A DNA stretch of 64,000 nucleotides, from the IMG/VR virus record IMGVR_UViG_3300045744_000007, positions 1-64,000 of that record. The stretch is one strand, 5' to 3'. This document shows positions 1 through 8,837 of this stretch, piece by piece. The translations under genes and the position numbers were made by a program. This stretch comes from a virus (lineage: Duplodnaviria > Heunggongvirae > Uroviricota > Caudoviricetes). Position 1 is the first letter of the stretch; each line of letters begins with the position of its first letter. The notes beneath the pieces are model-generated. The model did not search any database. It was not told the origin of the DNA and saw only the letters and a list, made by a program, of their open reading frames with translations.

Positions 1-1
1 C

Positions 2-316
2 GGTCAGGCGCTTAGGTTCTACAACCAGCGGCGCGCTGGGAGGCTGGAGCAGTACCGAGCGTCGAGGGCTCCCGGGGCGAAGACGCTGAACCAGAGCCGG
101 GAACTGGAGGGCAAGGAAGCAAAGATCAGAGCAGGTGCCCGAGCCATGCTCGTGATCGCGCTCCGGAATCTCGTGAGGCACGATCGTGTCGAGGAGAGGA
201 TGGCTCCGGGACCGGGGAGATCTCCCAAGGAGCTTCGGCTCAAGGACCGGAGGCAGACTCCGTGTCCGAACTGTGGGTGCTTCCCGGACGGCTCGAAGCC
301 TGAGAGCGATGTCTGA
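2..316 (+). CDS. partial CDS, 5' end outside the window; Cys-containing hypothetical protein
   Basis: frame-2 open reading frame from window edge to TGA 314-316 with high GC3; CPNCGC motif. Confidence 0.4.
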   Translation, partial: GQALRFYNQRRAGRLEQYRASRAPGAKTLNQSRELEGKEAKIRAGARAMLVIALRNLVRHDRVEERMAPGPGRSPKELRLKDRRQTPCPNCGCFPDGSKPESDV

Positions 317-767
317 GCTTCACGAGGATCGGTGGGTCACATGGGAGGGGCACAACCTCAACTATGTGGCCCCCGAGCCGTTCCTCGTCTCGCTCATCAA
401 GTACCGGAAGCGACGTGACCGGCACATCGCGATGCGGTGGGAGGACGGGAACCTGATCGGGTCCCGGAACTGGTTCGATCGGGGGCAGAGGAGACTCATC
501 CTCGATCTGGACGTCCCGCACGTCTACGTGAAGTCCCCCAACCCGGAGCATGGGCACCTCTTCTTCGATGTGGAGATGTCGTGGTGGAGGTGGGCTCTGG
601 TGTTGGTCGCACTGCGCCTGGCGGGTCTCCTGGAGACCGGGTTCGTGGTCTGGAGTCTCCGGAGGGGTGAGAACTTCGTTCGTCGCCCTGGCGTCCCCAA
701 GGATCGGCCGCTTCCTCCCCCGCAGGAGTACGGCTGGGTGTTTCCGAAACGCCGAAGAAGTAGTTGA
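309..767 (+). CDS. hypothetical protein
   Basis: first ATG of track ORF 186..767; overlaps upstream stop (ATGTCTGA); GC3-rich. Confidence 0.5.
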   Translation: MSELHEDRWVTWEGHNLNYVAPEPFLVSLIKYRKRRDRHIAMRWEDGNLIGSRNWFDRGQRRLILDLDVPHVYVKSPNPEHGHLFFDVEMSWWRWALVLVALRLAGLLETGFVVWSLRRGENFVRRPGVPKDRPLPPPQEYGWVFPKRRRSS

Positions 768-1120
768 CGGTGGTAAACTCTGTCTTCATGTCAGATGTGG
801 AGACAGAGTCCCGCCTGCGGGATTCGTTCGTACCGGTTGAATGGATCAAGTTCGCCCTCGCTCCGGACGATGCCCTTGAGGCACTGACCGTCTTGGAAGT
901 CGTAGCGAGATTGCTGTCGAGAGCCCACCGGCGTCTGGCCGATGAAGCGCCCTCGACGGCAAAGGAACTGGTTCAGGCGTCCGTAGACGAGATCAATCGC
1001 GCCTACTCCGAGCTGATCAGATCGCAGGATCTCAGTGATCACGTCGTGAGTAGGGCGGCCCAACGAGTTGATTCGATCATGCGTGTCGTGAACGAGCGTG
1101 TTGATCGGGAGGGGAGGTAG
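764..1120 (+). CDS. hypothetical protein
   Basis: TTG start overlapping upstream TGA (TTGA); track ORF. Confidence 0.45.
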   Translation: MTVVNSVFMSDVETESRLRDSFVPVEWIKFALAPDDALEALTVLEVVARLLSRAHRRLADEAPSTAKELVQASVDEINRAYSELIRSQDLSDHVVSRAAQRVDSIMRVVNERVDREGR

Positions 1121-1123
1121 GCC

Positions 1124-1453
1124 ATGGGGATGACCGGGGACGGTAGTCAGAAGATCCGGAAGATGCTGCTGGCCGAGCAGCGAGCGGCGATGGACGGCTA
1201 CGACTTCGCGTACGAGTCGGTGGTCAAGGTGTTGGGGACGTACGCGCCCAAGCCGGTGGATGTCCCTCTGATCGCCTCGCATCGGGCGATGTACCGGGAG
1301 AAGTACCCGGCGCTGGAGAGCGTCCCTGAGGAGTACGTGGGGTGGTGTGTGCAGACCCACGGCCGGGTTCTGGGTTCGATCGAGTCTCAGAAGAACGACC
1401 CGCAGGACGTGATGGCTGTCCTCATCGACATGGTCAAGGACTACATCAAGTAG
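1124..1453 (+). CDS. hypothetical protein
   Basis: ATG with RBS GGGAGGGGAGG; GC3-rich. Confidence 0.65.
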   Translation: MGMTGDGSQKIRKMLLAEQRAAMDGYDFAYESVVKVLGTYAPKPVDVPLIASHRAMYREKYPALESVPEEYVGWCVQTHGRVLGSIESQKNDPQDVMAVLIDMVKDYIK

Positions 1454-1472
1454 TTCATGGAGAGGAGGGGAG

Positions 1473-2270
1473 TTGTCGAAGTGTCGATACTGTGGGGCCG
1501 AGATCGTCTGGGCGAAGCGTGACAACGGTGGCTGGTACCCGCCCTACGAGGGCATCGAGCCGCTGGACCTGAAGCTCGCGCCCGATCAGATCCTTCTCGC
1601 TCCATCGGCGGGGACGTACATCAAGATCTTCCACCCCGAGAACCTGGTCGTGGTGAAGGTCCACAACTGCCCTCAGAGGGAGCAGGCGTCTCCGACCAAG
1701 AGAGAAGTGCTCCTCGGTCCTGAGCTTGCTGCCCGGCTCAAGGCAGCACAGACGAGCGTGGTGAAGATCGGACCCGATATCCCGCCCTACTGGCTCAGGG
1801 GTGGACGTCTCTTCTGGTACCGGAACTGGAAGACGCCGACGCGTCTTCAAGTCATGCAGGTTCCGTGCGAGGCGTGCGACGCCCGAATCGGGGAACCGTG
1901 CGTCAGCAAGATGATCAAAACCTCGCGCCAGTACCTCACTGCCCCCCACTGGCAGCGGTCGAAGGCGGTCAAGGAGTGGGCGGTGACGCACGCCGACAAG
2001 GCCGTCAGGGAAGACCTTCAGGACCAGGCGAAGGCTCAGGCGCTCGCGAGCTTCTTCGCTGGTCCGGGGGCCGAACTCTTCGGAGTCGCTCCGTCACTCC
2101 CGGCAAAAGAGGAGCCTTCCGGCGCTCCGGACGAACCGCTCAGCGACGCAGGAGTACAGGCGAACTCAAGTGCAGTGTTTCCTGTACCCGACGGGGTAGA
2201 GACTGCCGAGCGCGAGTCAGGGAGTGGAGAGGGGGACGACGAGTGGTGGAAAGACCTGCTGGGAACCTGA
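1473..2270 (+). CDS. zinc-finger protein (two CxxC pairs)
   Basis: TTG start after RBS GGAGAGGAGGGGA; CRYCG...CEAC motifs. Confidence 0.6.
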   Translation: MSKCRYCGAEIVWAKRDNGGWYPPYEGIEPLDLKLAPDQILLAPSAGTYIKIFHPENLVVVKVHNCPQREQASPTKREVLLGPELAARLKAAQTSVVKIGPDIPPYWLRGGRLFWYRNWKTPTRLQVMQVPCEACDARIGEPCVSKMIKTSRQYLTAPHWQRSKAVKEWAVTHADKAVREDLQDQAKAQALASFFAGPGAELFGVAPSLPAKEEPSGAPDEPLSDAGVQANSSAVFPVPDGVETAERESGSGEGDDEWWKDLLGT

Positions 2271-2296
2271 AGGTTCTGACGAGCTTCGAGACCTTG

Positions 2297-2485
2297 ATGG
2301 AGCTGGCGCACACGGAGGGCCAGATTCGGAAGGCGCTCAAGAGACTGGAGCGCTACGGAGCCGATGCTCAGGTCGCGGCGCTTCGGGAGAAGCTTCAGGC
2401 TGCCGTCGAGGCCCACGAGAACTATCGGCAGCTCTGCCTTCAGTCCGATGGAATGCTGACTGGTTTCCGTGTTGGCGATCTCTGA
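2297..2485 (+). CDS. small coiled-coil protein
   Basis: ATG in frame of track ORF 1865..2485 downstream of previous stop. Confidence 0.4.
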   Translation: MELAHTEGQIRKALKRLERYGADAQVAALREKLQAAVEAHENYRQLCLQSDGMLTGFRVGDL

Positions 2486-2486
2486 G

Positions 2487-2515
2487 TTGACACAGGTCAA
2501 CTTTCGAGGTATCGT
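2487..2515 (+). promoter_or_regulatory. sigma70-like promoter TTGACA-N17-TATCGT (palindromic GTTGACacagGTCAAC at -35)
   Basis: hexamers with exact 17-bp spacer; member of 17-copy family. Confidence 0.6.
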
Positions 2516-2529
2516 GAATACGCCTATGT

Positions 2530-2564
2530 CTAGGCCCGTCCTCCTTCGGGGGTGCCGGGCCTAG
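2530..2564 (+). promoter_or_regulatory. leader hairpin CTAGGCCCG-N17-CGGGCCTAG between promoter and first gene
   Basis: 9-bp perfect stem in 5' UTR. Confidence 0.35.
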
Positions 2565-2588
2565 ACGACGTTCGGGAGGAGGTGGAAG

Positions 2589-3155
2589 TTGGTCAAGAAG
2601 CTGTCACTGGAGGAACTGGCGAATAGGGAGATCAGTATTCTCTACGTCGCTGGGTGCGTGGGAGTCGATGTTCCTGAGCTGGACGGTCTGAGATCGAATG
2701 TGAAGGTCTACTGCCCGTTCGGGGAGCTGTATCACAGTGATGGTGGAGACGAATCCGCACTGCGGCTGTACCCGGACACGAATACCGGGTGGTGCTTCGC
2801 AGAGCAGATGTTCTTCACGCCGACTTCCTTGTATGCCCGAGCAATGAATCTTCCTCGGCAGGAAGCAGCAAGGGAGCTGCTTGATCGGGTGAACTACCGT
2901 CCGCCATCGTTTGTGCACCTGTGGGCGGAGGTCAACGAAGCGAAAGTGGAGATCGACCGAGCTGCGCTCGGTGCGGCGCTACAGGAGTTCTGCGCGAGAG
3001 TTTCTCCAGCGTGGGAGACCAAGCAGTTCGAGGAAGACACGTCGGTAGTTCTGGGGAAGTGCCTGGATCTACTACTCAAGGTCGAGACGACTTCGGACGT
3101 CGAAGCCTGGCTGGGGACCTGTAAAAAGGTCATGGAAATGCAATTGGGAAGGTGA
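2589..3155 (+). CDS. CHC-type zinc-finger protein (DnaG-primase N-terminal-like, tentative)
   Basis: TTG start 5 nt after GGAGGAGG; motif YCPFGELYHSD...GWCF. Confidence 0.5.
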   Translation: MVKKLSLEELANREISILYVAGCVGVDVPELDGLRSNVKVYCPFGELYHSDGGDESALRLYPDTNTGWCFAEQMFFTPTSLYARAMNLPRQEAARELLDRVNYRPPSFVHLWAEVNEAKVEIDRAALGAALQEFCARVSPAWETKQFEEDTSVVLGKCLDLLLKVETTSDVEAWLGTCKKVMEMQLGR

Positions 3156-3160
3156 GGACC

Positions 3161-3445
3161 ATGTCGGTTATCGACAACGCAGTGATCCTGCCGGGGTACA
3201 AGACGGTTCCAGAAGTCGCCGCTCTTCTGGGGATGTCTCGGCAGGCCGTACACAAGAAGATCAACACTGGACGCGACCCCGAGCAGGGCGGTCTTGGGAC
3301 CGAGATCTACAAGATCGTCAACAGCTCGAACGCGCAGGAGGGCATTCTCACGCGGCCGATCTACCTGGTGCCTGAGGGGATCGTCAATCGCGCCATCGCG
3401 TACCAGCAGAGAGGTCGGGACGCCCGCCTCGCGGCCGTGGAGTAA
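3161..3445 (+). CDS. helix-turn-helix DNA-binding protein
   Basis: ATG after RBS GGGAAGGTGAGG; HTH TVPEVAALLGMSRQAVHKKI. Confidence 0.6.
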   Translation: MSVIDNAVILPGYKTVPEVAALLGMSRQAVHKKINTGRDPEQGGLGTEIYKIVNSSNAQEGILTRPIYLVPEGIVNRAIAYQQRGRDARLAAVE

Positions 3446-3455
3446 GCCTCTAGAG

Positions 3456-3484
3456 TTGACATCTGACAACCTTTGTCGTAACCT
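3456..3484 (+). promoter_or_regulatory. promoter TTGACA-N17-TAACCT with flanking inverted repeat ACATCTGA/TCAGATGT
   Basis: family motif; 8-bp inverted repeat brackets the -10. Confidence 0.5.
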
Positions 3485-3517
3485 GGGTTCAGATGTCAGC
3501 GAGAGGGGTGAGACAGC

Positions 3518-4279
3518 ATGGAGACGAAGATCTTGACCCGGGAGCAGGCCCGGCCCGTGGTCGAGTACGTGGAGGGTGAGCTTCGGGAGAAGAACCCCGG
3601 GCTCACCTTCTACGTCGCTGGAGCGTGGCGACGGGGCGCTGAGTTGATCGACTCGCTCCCGGTGGTGATCAAGTGCAAGGGCGTGGCCCTGATCGATGCG
3701 GCCGGTAACCCGACCGTGAATCTGCCTCCGGCTCTGGAGCACTTTCAGGAGTCGGGAGCGGGGATCTGGGAGGCGCACCTCCGGACCCCGTATGGGTTCA
3801 TTCGGGTCGAGTTCGTGATGACGAAGCCCGAGCAGATGGCCGCGACGCTCTGGTGGAAGACGGGGCCCGACGATCTCTGGGAGACGCTCAAGAACGCGGC
3901 GGCGCTGGACGGCTACGTCCTGAATTCGACCGGGCTCTGGATGGGTGGGCAGCAGGTCGATGACGGCTCGTCCGAGTACGCCATCGTTCGGAAGTTCCGG
4001 GACAACCTCTTCCTGGGGGTCGTGGACCCGGCCAAGCGGGAAGCGTGGGAGCCGTACCTCCGTCAGCTTCTCCGGTCGACTCAGCGGATCGCTCGTATCG
4101 AGGAGATCCCGTCGTCCCGGCCGCCGCACACGATCTACCAGGTGTGGGTGGACGGGGACGGTCGTGCCTTCCGGTGCGAGTGCCCGGCCTTCACCTACCG
4201 GGGGATCTGTAGGCACCTGGAGAAGGCTGAGGTCATCAGCGCGAGACTGGGTGCCGTCCCGGTCGAGGACCGGGTCTGA
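3518..4279 (+). CDS. hypothetical protein with C-terminal SWIM-type zinc finger
   Basis: ATG after GAGAGGGGTGAGACAGC; CECPAF...CRH motif. Confidence 0.6.
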   Translation: METKILTREQARPVVEYVEGELREKNPGLTFYVAGAWRRGAELIDSLPVVIKCKGVALIDAAGNPTVNLPPALEHFQESGAGIWEAHLRTPYGFIRVEFVMTKPEQMAATLWWKTGPDDLWETLKNAAALDGYVLNSTGLWMGGQQVDDGSSEYAIVRKFRDNLFLGVVDPAKREAWEPYLRQLLRSTQRIARIEEIPSSRPPHTIYQVWVDGDGRAFRCECPAFTYRGICRHLEKAEVISARLGAVPVEDRV

Positions 4280-4295
4280 GAGTCAGTTCTGGGGC

Positions 4296-4330
4296 GGAGG
4301 AGGGACTCACGGGTCCCTCCTCCCCTCGTA
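4296..4330 (+). terminator. stem-loop terminator GGAGGAGGGAC-loop-GTCCCTCCTCC
   Basis: 11-bp perfect stem after stop codon. Confidence 0.6.
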
Positions 4331-4349
4331 TTCAGGGAGAGGGAGACAG

Positions 4350-4688
4350 GTGGCGAACGAGCCCAAGAAGATGAAGAGCGAGCCCAAGGACAAGCGCTTC
4401 GGGCTGTACGAGTACGAGAAGCCGCTTGGGCCCGGCGAGATCCGGAGGGTGTTGGACGTGTTCCACACCTTGCTCTGGACCGGTCCCCGGGCTCGCTCCC
4501 TGCCTCCTCTCCTCAAGGACCTGACAGAAGAGCAGTTGGCTCAGATCCGGATTGCAGCCTTCCGGCTGTACTCCTCGGCCGACGACATGATCGAAGAGAA
4601 GTCGCGGGCTCGGAAGATTCGAGCGGTCCTGGATGGGAGGAGGAAGAAGAAGCATGACGAACAAGCAGCCGATTCACTGGCTTCCTAG
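4350..4688 (+). CDS. hypothetical protein
   Basis: GTG after AGGGAGAGGGAGACAG; in frame of track ORF 3945..4688. Confidence 0.5.
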   Translation: MANEPKKMKSEPKDKRFGLYEYEKPLGPGEIRRVLDVFHTLLWTGPRARSLPPLLKDLTEEQLAQIRIAAFRLYSSADDMIEEKSRARKIRAVLDGRRKKKHDEQAADSLAS

Positions 4689-4697
4689 GGAGGTGCC

Positions 4698-4913
4698 ATG
4701 GCGATCCAAGACGAGGCCGTGAAGGAGAAGTTCAGGTTCGTCGTGGAACGCGAGATCGACCGTCTCATCAGTGAGCTTGCTCGGTACGAGTCCGAGAGTG
4801 GTCTGTCCTGGAAGGACATCCGGGATGAGCTGAACGCTCTCGGCTATTACGAGCTGTCCGAGATGTGGGAGAACGACTGCTTGGAGAGGGAGGAAGAAGA
4901 TGCGCGCGGATGA
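4698..4913 (+). CDS. hypothetical acidic protein
   Basis: ATG after GGGAGGTG. Confidence 0.6.
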   Translation: MAIQDEAVKEKFRFVVEREIDRLISELARYESESGLSWKDIRDELNALGYYELSEMWENDCLEREEEDARG

Positions 4914-5205
4914 CGAACTGATCAAAGAGATCGACTCGGTGCTGGCGGGTGTGGGGTTCGAGTCCGACCCGGCGTTCATGGATTACGAGACGCCCTCCAA
5001 GGAGGAGCAGATTCGCCGGTCCAGCGAGGCTCTGAACCAGCGTGGTCCCGAGCTTCTGGAGGCGCGCGACTTCCTTTTTCCGCCTGTGCGGGTGGGCGCG
5101 GCAACGAGGTTCGCGCTCGCGAACGGGGGAACCAGCTTCCCTCAGCGGAGAGTCTCGGCCTGGCGGCGCTTCTGGACCCGCATCGGGAACTGGGTCACTG
5201 GCTGA
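4900..5205 (+). CDS. hypothetical protein
   Basis: ATG overlapping upstream gene; RBS GGGAGGAAGAAG. Confidence 0.6.
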   Translation: MRADDELIKEIDSVLAGVGFESDPAFMDYETPSKEEQIRRSSEALNQRGPELLEARDFLFPPVRVGAATRFALANGGTSFPQRRVSAWRRFWTRIGNWVTG

Positions 5206-5234
5206 GGTCGATCGCTGATCCAGTCCGACCGAGA

Positions 5235-5266
5235 GGGAGCCCCATGGGGCTCCCTTTTCATTTTGT
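5235..5266 (+). terminator. rho-independent terminator GGGAGCCCC-AT-GGGGCTCCC + TTTTCATTTT
   Basis: GC stem followed by T-run. Confidence 0.75.
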
Positions 5267-5274
5267 CGCACTGG

Positions 5275-5303
5275 TTGACACCAGTGAACTAGTGAGCTAC
5301 TGT
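5275..5303 (+). promoter_or_regulatory. promoter TTGACA-ccagtgaactagtgagc-TACTGT
   Basis: family motif with conserved spacer AGTGAACTAG. Confidence 0.65.
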
Positions 5304-5341
5304 TCTCGTCAGTAGGAAGAACTCGAACAAGGAGGCAGCGA

Positions 5342-6271
5342 ATGATTGCTCTGGTTTTTCTCGTCCTCGTGACGCTCGCCGTGCTGGGGGTCACCCTGGC
5401 CTCGGCCGTGTTCTACCGGCGGTCGAAGCGGAACTACGGGGAGGGGTCCGACGCCAAGTGGGTCCTGCTCCTGTCGAGCGCGATCGGGATCCCGATCCTG
5501 ATGCTGGCGTGGTTCCTCTCCTCGTTCACGATCGTGAGCGCCTCGGACGTGGGGGTGCCGATCGCCTTCGGGAAGGTTGGCACGGCGCTGGAGTCGGGTC
5601 CGCACTTCATCGCTCCGTGGACCGACGTGGAGACCTACCCCAAGAAGTCGAAGACGGTGGACGAGGTCGTGGAGACGATGGTCTCGACCTCGCAGGCTGG
5701 TTCGGTGAAGGTGAAGATCGCGCCGCGCTGGCACACGGACGAGAAGCACGCCGACGAGACGTGGCGTCAGACCCGGACCAGTGACGACGAGGAGCTGGAG
5801 AAGGGGATTATCCGGCCGACCGCCGTCAGCGCGGCGCAGGACATCATCAACACGAAGACCAACTCCGAGGCTCTGGTCCGGGCGGGCTTCGAGGAGCAGA
5901 TGAAGACGACGATGCAGGAGAAGCTCAGTGGCTTCGGCATCGTGGTGGACGCGGTGTACCTGAGGGGCCTGGAGCCGGGCGACGAGAAGACCAAGCTCTC
6001 AATCGCGGGACTCGCCAGTCAGCAGCAGGCCACGAATCAGGCCGTGGAGGCGGCGAGGACGGCCGAGAAGCTCAAGGAGGTCGCGAAGATCAACGCCGAG
6101 GCGGCCAAGGAGGCGGCGGCCAAGATCCCGCCGAACCTCTCTCCGGCCCAGGTGACGGTCCTCTGTGCCCAGATCTGGGAGCGGGCTGCCGCTGCCGCCG
6201 ACCGGTCCGGGAACGCGCTCTACACGGCTCCGTGTGGCAACACCTCGGGGCTGTTGGTCAACACCAAGTAA
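5342..6271 (+). CDS. SPFH/band-7 (stomatin/prohibitin-like) membrane protein
   Basis: RBS AAGGAGG; N-terminal TM helices then SPFH-like core and Ala/Lys-rich coiled coil. Confidence 0.65.
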   Translation: MIALVFLVLVTLAVLGVTLASAVFYRRSKRNYGEGSDAKWVLLLSSAIGIPILMLAWFLSSFTIVSASDVGVPIAFGKVGTALESGPHFIAPWTDVETYPKKSKTVDEVVETMVSTSQAGSVKVKIAPRWHTDEKHADETWRQTRTSDDEELEKGIIRPTAVSAAQDIINTKTNSEALVRAGFEEQMKTTMQEKLSGFGIVVDAVYLRGLEPGDEKTKLSIAGLASQQQATNQAVEAARTAEKLKEVAKINAEAAKEAAAKIPPNLSPAQVTVLCAQIWERAAAAADRSGNALYTAPCGNTSGLLVNTK

Positions 6272-6285
6272 GTCGTTCTGAGCGA

Positions 6286-6318
6286 GGCCCCTGGCGATCC
6301 CAGGGGCTTTTCGCTTTC
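6286..6318 (+). terminator. rho-independent terminator GCCCCTGG-loop-CCAGGGGC + TTTTCGCTTT
   Basis: stem plus T-run. Confidence 0.75.
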
Positions 6319-6327
6319 TCTAGCTAG

Positions 6328-6356
6328 TTGACACAAGACAACCCAGCCGCTAGGCT
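6328..6356 (+). promoter_or_regulatory. promoter TTGACA-N17-TAGGCT
   Basis: family motif after terminator. Confidence 0.6.
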
Positions 6357-6381
6357 TGTCGTACCGACCAAGGAGGAAGAC

Positions 6382-6603
6382 ATGGATGACACCGAGCGCC
6401 CGTCCCTCGCAGTGGAGATCTTCGAGATCCTTAATCGTTCCGACTCCCGGTTCGAGGCGCGCGACGAGATCGTCAAGCTGGTGGAGCGGGAGTTCGCACT
6501 CGGGGTCTCGGTGGGCCGGGGCCTGGAGCAGTCCGCCCGGCGCGACACCGTCGAGATCCCGACCGACTTCTACAACTTCCCCAACGATGGGGTGACCGAG
6601 TGA
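6382..6603 (+). CDS. hypothetical protein
   Basis: ATG after AAGGAGGAAGAC. Confidence 0.55.
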   Translation: MDDTERPSLAVEIFEILNRSDSRFEARDEIVKLVEREFALGVSVGRGLEQSARRDTVEIPTDFYNFPNDGVTE

Positions 6604-6914
6604 TGGCCGAGCACACCCACACCCTGATCGGGGGACTGTGCCGACTCGCTTGGAATCTCCCGGCCGACGCTGGCGTGGACGATGGGCATTCCGCGCTCTT
6701 CAAGGTCGCCCGGATGGCCGAGAACTCGGCCGAGGTCCGGGAGGAACTGGCGGGGCTCTTCGGGTCCTGGCTGGCGACGGAGCGGGAGTCCATCTCGCCT
6801 ACGCAGCACTGCACGGCTGAGGACTGCTACACGTTCTCGCACACGGCGTCCTACTGTGGCCGTCCTCAGCCTCGGAAGTGTGGCTGTGCCTACGACTACC
6901 CCGAGGAGCGGTGA
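6603..6914 (+). CDS. Cys-rich hypothetical protein
   Basis: ATG overlapping upstream stop (TGATG). Confidence 0.55.
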   Translation: MAEHTHTLIGGLCRLAWNLPADAGVDDGHSALFKVARMAENSAEVREELAGLFGSWLATERESISPTQHCTAEDCYTFSHTASYCGRPQPRKCGCAYDYPEER

Positions 6915-7087
6915 TGACTGGCTACGAGGAGCGCAGGGAGGAGAACGCGGCGGCCCGCGCAGAGTTCTGGGCGATGCTGGAGGGACACCCCTTCGAGCTG
7001 ATCGAGGTGCGGTACGACGACCGACCGCTCGCCTTCACGATCCGCTACGTGCCCGAGGAGGAGAGCGCTGATCCCACGTTCAGATGA
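6914..7087 (+). CDS. hypothetical protein
   Basis: ATG overlapping upstream stop; followed by terminator. Confidence 0.5.
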   Translation: MTGYEERREENAAARAEFWAMLEGHPFELIEVRYDDRPLAFTIRYVPEEESADPTFR

Positions 7088-7098
7088 AAGTTCAAGGA

Positions 7099-7126
7099 AA
7101 GGGCCCCTTTCGAGGGGCCCTCTTCC
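7099..7126 (+). terminator. stem-loop terminator GGGCCCCT-TTCG-AGGGGCCC
   Basis: 8-bp stem after stop. Confidence 0.6.
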
Positions 7127-7138
7127 GCATCTAGGGGT

Positions 7139-7423
7139 GTGGGGACACGGCGGCGAGACCCGAGGTCGGAGCACGACGCGCCTTGGGGGATCGGGTGGGC
7201 GAGTGTGGATGCGTACTGGGATCGGTACCTTCGGTGGTTCGCGTCCATGGACGTCGCCCCGGTGACGACCGGGAGGCACCGGTCCAAGAAGCTGGGACGG
7301 CATCTCTCGGGAGAGCTGGGCAACGTGCTCTTCGAGCGTTTGGCGATCTTCATGGTCGGGATGCTGATCGTCTCCATCTTGGCGTTTCTGTATTTCGGAA
7401 TTCAGGTTCTTCTTTTCCTCTAG
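7139..7423 (+). CDS. membrane protein (C-terminal TM helix)
   Basis: GTG start, GC3-rich; weak RBS. Confidence 0.4.
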   Translation: MGTRRRDPRSEHDAPWGIGWASVDAYWDRYLRWFASMDVAPVTTGRHRSKKLGRHLSGELGNVLFERLAIFMVGMLIVSILAFLYFGIQVLLFL

Positions 7424-7452
7424 TTGACTCACGTCAACCAGCCTGCTACTGT
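7424..7452 (+). promoter_or_regulatory. promoter TTGACT-N17-TACTGT (palindrome GTTGACtcacGTCAAC)
   Basis: family motif. Confidence 0.6.
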
Positions 7453-7488
7453 CTTCCCATCAGATCCACTTGGTGAGGGGAGACAGAG

Positions 7489-8106
7489 ATGCTGTTCAAG
7501 CGCTGGAAGAACGTGCTGGGGATGGTCCTGATCGGTGTCGTGTTCGCGGCGCTGTCCGGGTGTGGGATCGGGGGCGAGCGGTTCGAGCAGTCGTGGACCG
7601 GCGTGAGCGCCACGATCCACACCTACAACGAGAACGGTGCGGTGCTGGACAAGGTCCACGGCCGGTCGATCCGGATCACCCGGGACACCGAGTTCGACCA
7701 GCACGACAAGGACGGGAACGTCACGAAGCCCTCCTCGATGATGAGCATCTCCATCGGGAAGTACGAGATGACCCACGTCGGCTCCACGCTGGTGACGTAC
7801 GAGGACGGCCTCCGGAACGTGATGGACCAGTACGGGGCGACCTTCGACGTGGACAACAAGCAGTTCGGCGTGCCCTGGCTGAACAAGATCAAGTTCCAGT
7901 TCCAGAACTACTTCCTGGGGAAGAGCCGAATCATCGTGGTCCGGAGCCAGAACGGCACCCCGCTCGCGGTGTTCGGGGGGAACTCGGTGCAGAGCTTCTC
8001 GACCGAGGTCCCGAACTCGACCTGGTTCGAGATCGACGGGAAGATGCTGTTCGTCTACCGGGCCGACATGACCGCCTACGACATCCAGTTGATCGAGAGG
8101 GTCTGA
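7489..8106 (+). CDS. lipoprotein
   Basis: RBS GGTGAGGGGAGACAGAG; signal peptide with lipobox LSGC. Confidence 0.7.
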   Translation: MLFKRWKNVLGMVLIGVVFAALSGCGIGGERFEQSWTGVSATIHTYNENGAVLDKVHGRSIRITRDTEFDQHDKDGNVTKPSSMMSISIGKYEMTHVGSTLVTYEDGLRNVMDQYGATFDVDNKQFGVPWLNKIKFQFQNYFLGKSRIIVVRSQNGTPLAVFGGNSVQSFSTEVPNSTWFEIDGKMLFVYRADMTAYDIQLIERV

Positions 8107-8107
8107 G

Positions 8108-8278
8108 ATGGTCATCCCGACCTGGCTGTTCTGGCTGACCATCGTCGCGCTGGGATGTGACGCTCTCGGCCTCGCCTACCGGGCTCTGGCCGACAAGCCG
8201 CTCACTCGAGGGCAGCTTGCCATGGGTGCCCTCGGCTCGCTCTGCATGCTGTTGGCCTTCGGGCTCTTCAGTTGGTGA
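8108..8278 (+). CDS. small membrane protein (56 aa)
   Basis: ATG overlapping upstream stop; hydrophobic; GC3-rich; not in ORF track (<60 aa). Confidence 0.4.
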   Translation: MVIPTWLFWLTIVALGCDALGLAYRALADKPLTRGQLAMGALGSLCMLLAFGLFSW

Positions 8279-8345
8279 CCGGGTCATCGGACGCCCGTGA
8301 GACGCTGAAGGAGATGCTGGAGGCGGGACGGTCTGAGCGCAATGG

Positions 8346-8375
8346 TTGACCGAGGTTAACTCTCTGACTTAACCT
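8346..8375 (+). promoter_or_regulatory. weaker promoter TTGACC-N18-TAACCT
   Basis: partial match to family. Confidence 0.35.
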
Positions 8376-8393
8376 GCGGCCGACAGCCGAAGA

Positions 8394-8428
8394 GAGAGGA
8401 GGGCCTTCGGGTCCTCCTCTTCCTTTGC
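8394..8428 (+). terminator. stem-loop GAGGAGGGCC-TTCG-GGTCCTCCTC + TTCCTTT
   Basis: GC stem, weak T-run. Confidence 0.5.
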
Positions 8429-8444
8429 TCGGAAGGAGCAGTCA

Positions 8445-8717
8445 GTGCGGGAGATTGCGGGTAAGCGTGCGATTGCAGAGCTGCGGAGAGGACAGCAGGT
8501 CGATTTGGTGCTTTGGGGAAATCCGGCTTATCCGCCATTGGAGACCATTTCTGCGGTGTATGACCGAGCCGTCCGGATGAGCACGATCTACCGGCTCGAT
8601 TTTAAGGAGACGGCCACTGGCCGAACCTGGTCCCTGTTTAAACGGGACCGCCGCTGGACGTGGGGCCTGCGCATGGAACCCGTAGCGATCCTCGTAGGTG
8701 ATCTCGAGTACCTCTGA
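8445..8717 (+). CDS. hypothetical protein (atypical, lower GC3)
   Basis: GTG after GGAAGGAG; codon usage differs from neighbours. Confidence 0.5.
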   Translation: MREIAGKRAIAELRRGQQVDLVLWGNPAYPPLETISAVYDRAVRMSTIYRLDFKETATGRTWSLFKRDRRWTWGLRMEPVAILVGDLEYL

Positions 8718-8837
8718 CGCTTACTCAGGTCACGGCCCGATACCGGTTTCCCGCTGTCTACCTGGCTGGTTGTCTTCTGTCGCCCAATTCTGTAACTTGG
8801 AGTCAGGAGATGACAGCAGGCTACCTTGGGACAAACC

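Noticed and set aside
2894-4216. Long minus-strand ORFs (e.g. 2894..4216 440 aa, 10171..12000 609 aa, 55523..58603 1026 aa, 52225..53964 579 aa)
   Set aside because: They are antisense to strongly supported + strand genes (RBS, recognisable domains, operon-like overlaps). Their translations are Arg/Pro/Gly-rich and low-complexity, as is typical of high-GC antisense frames.
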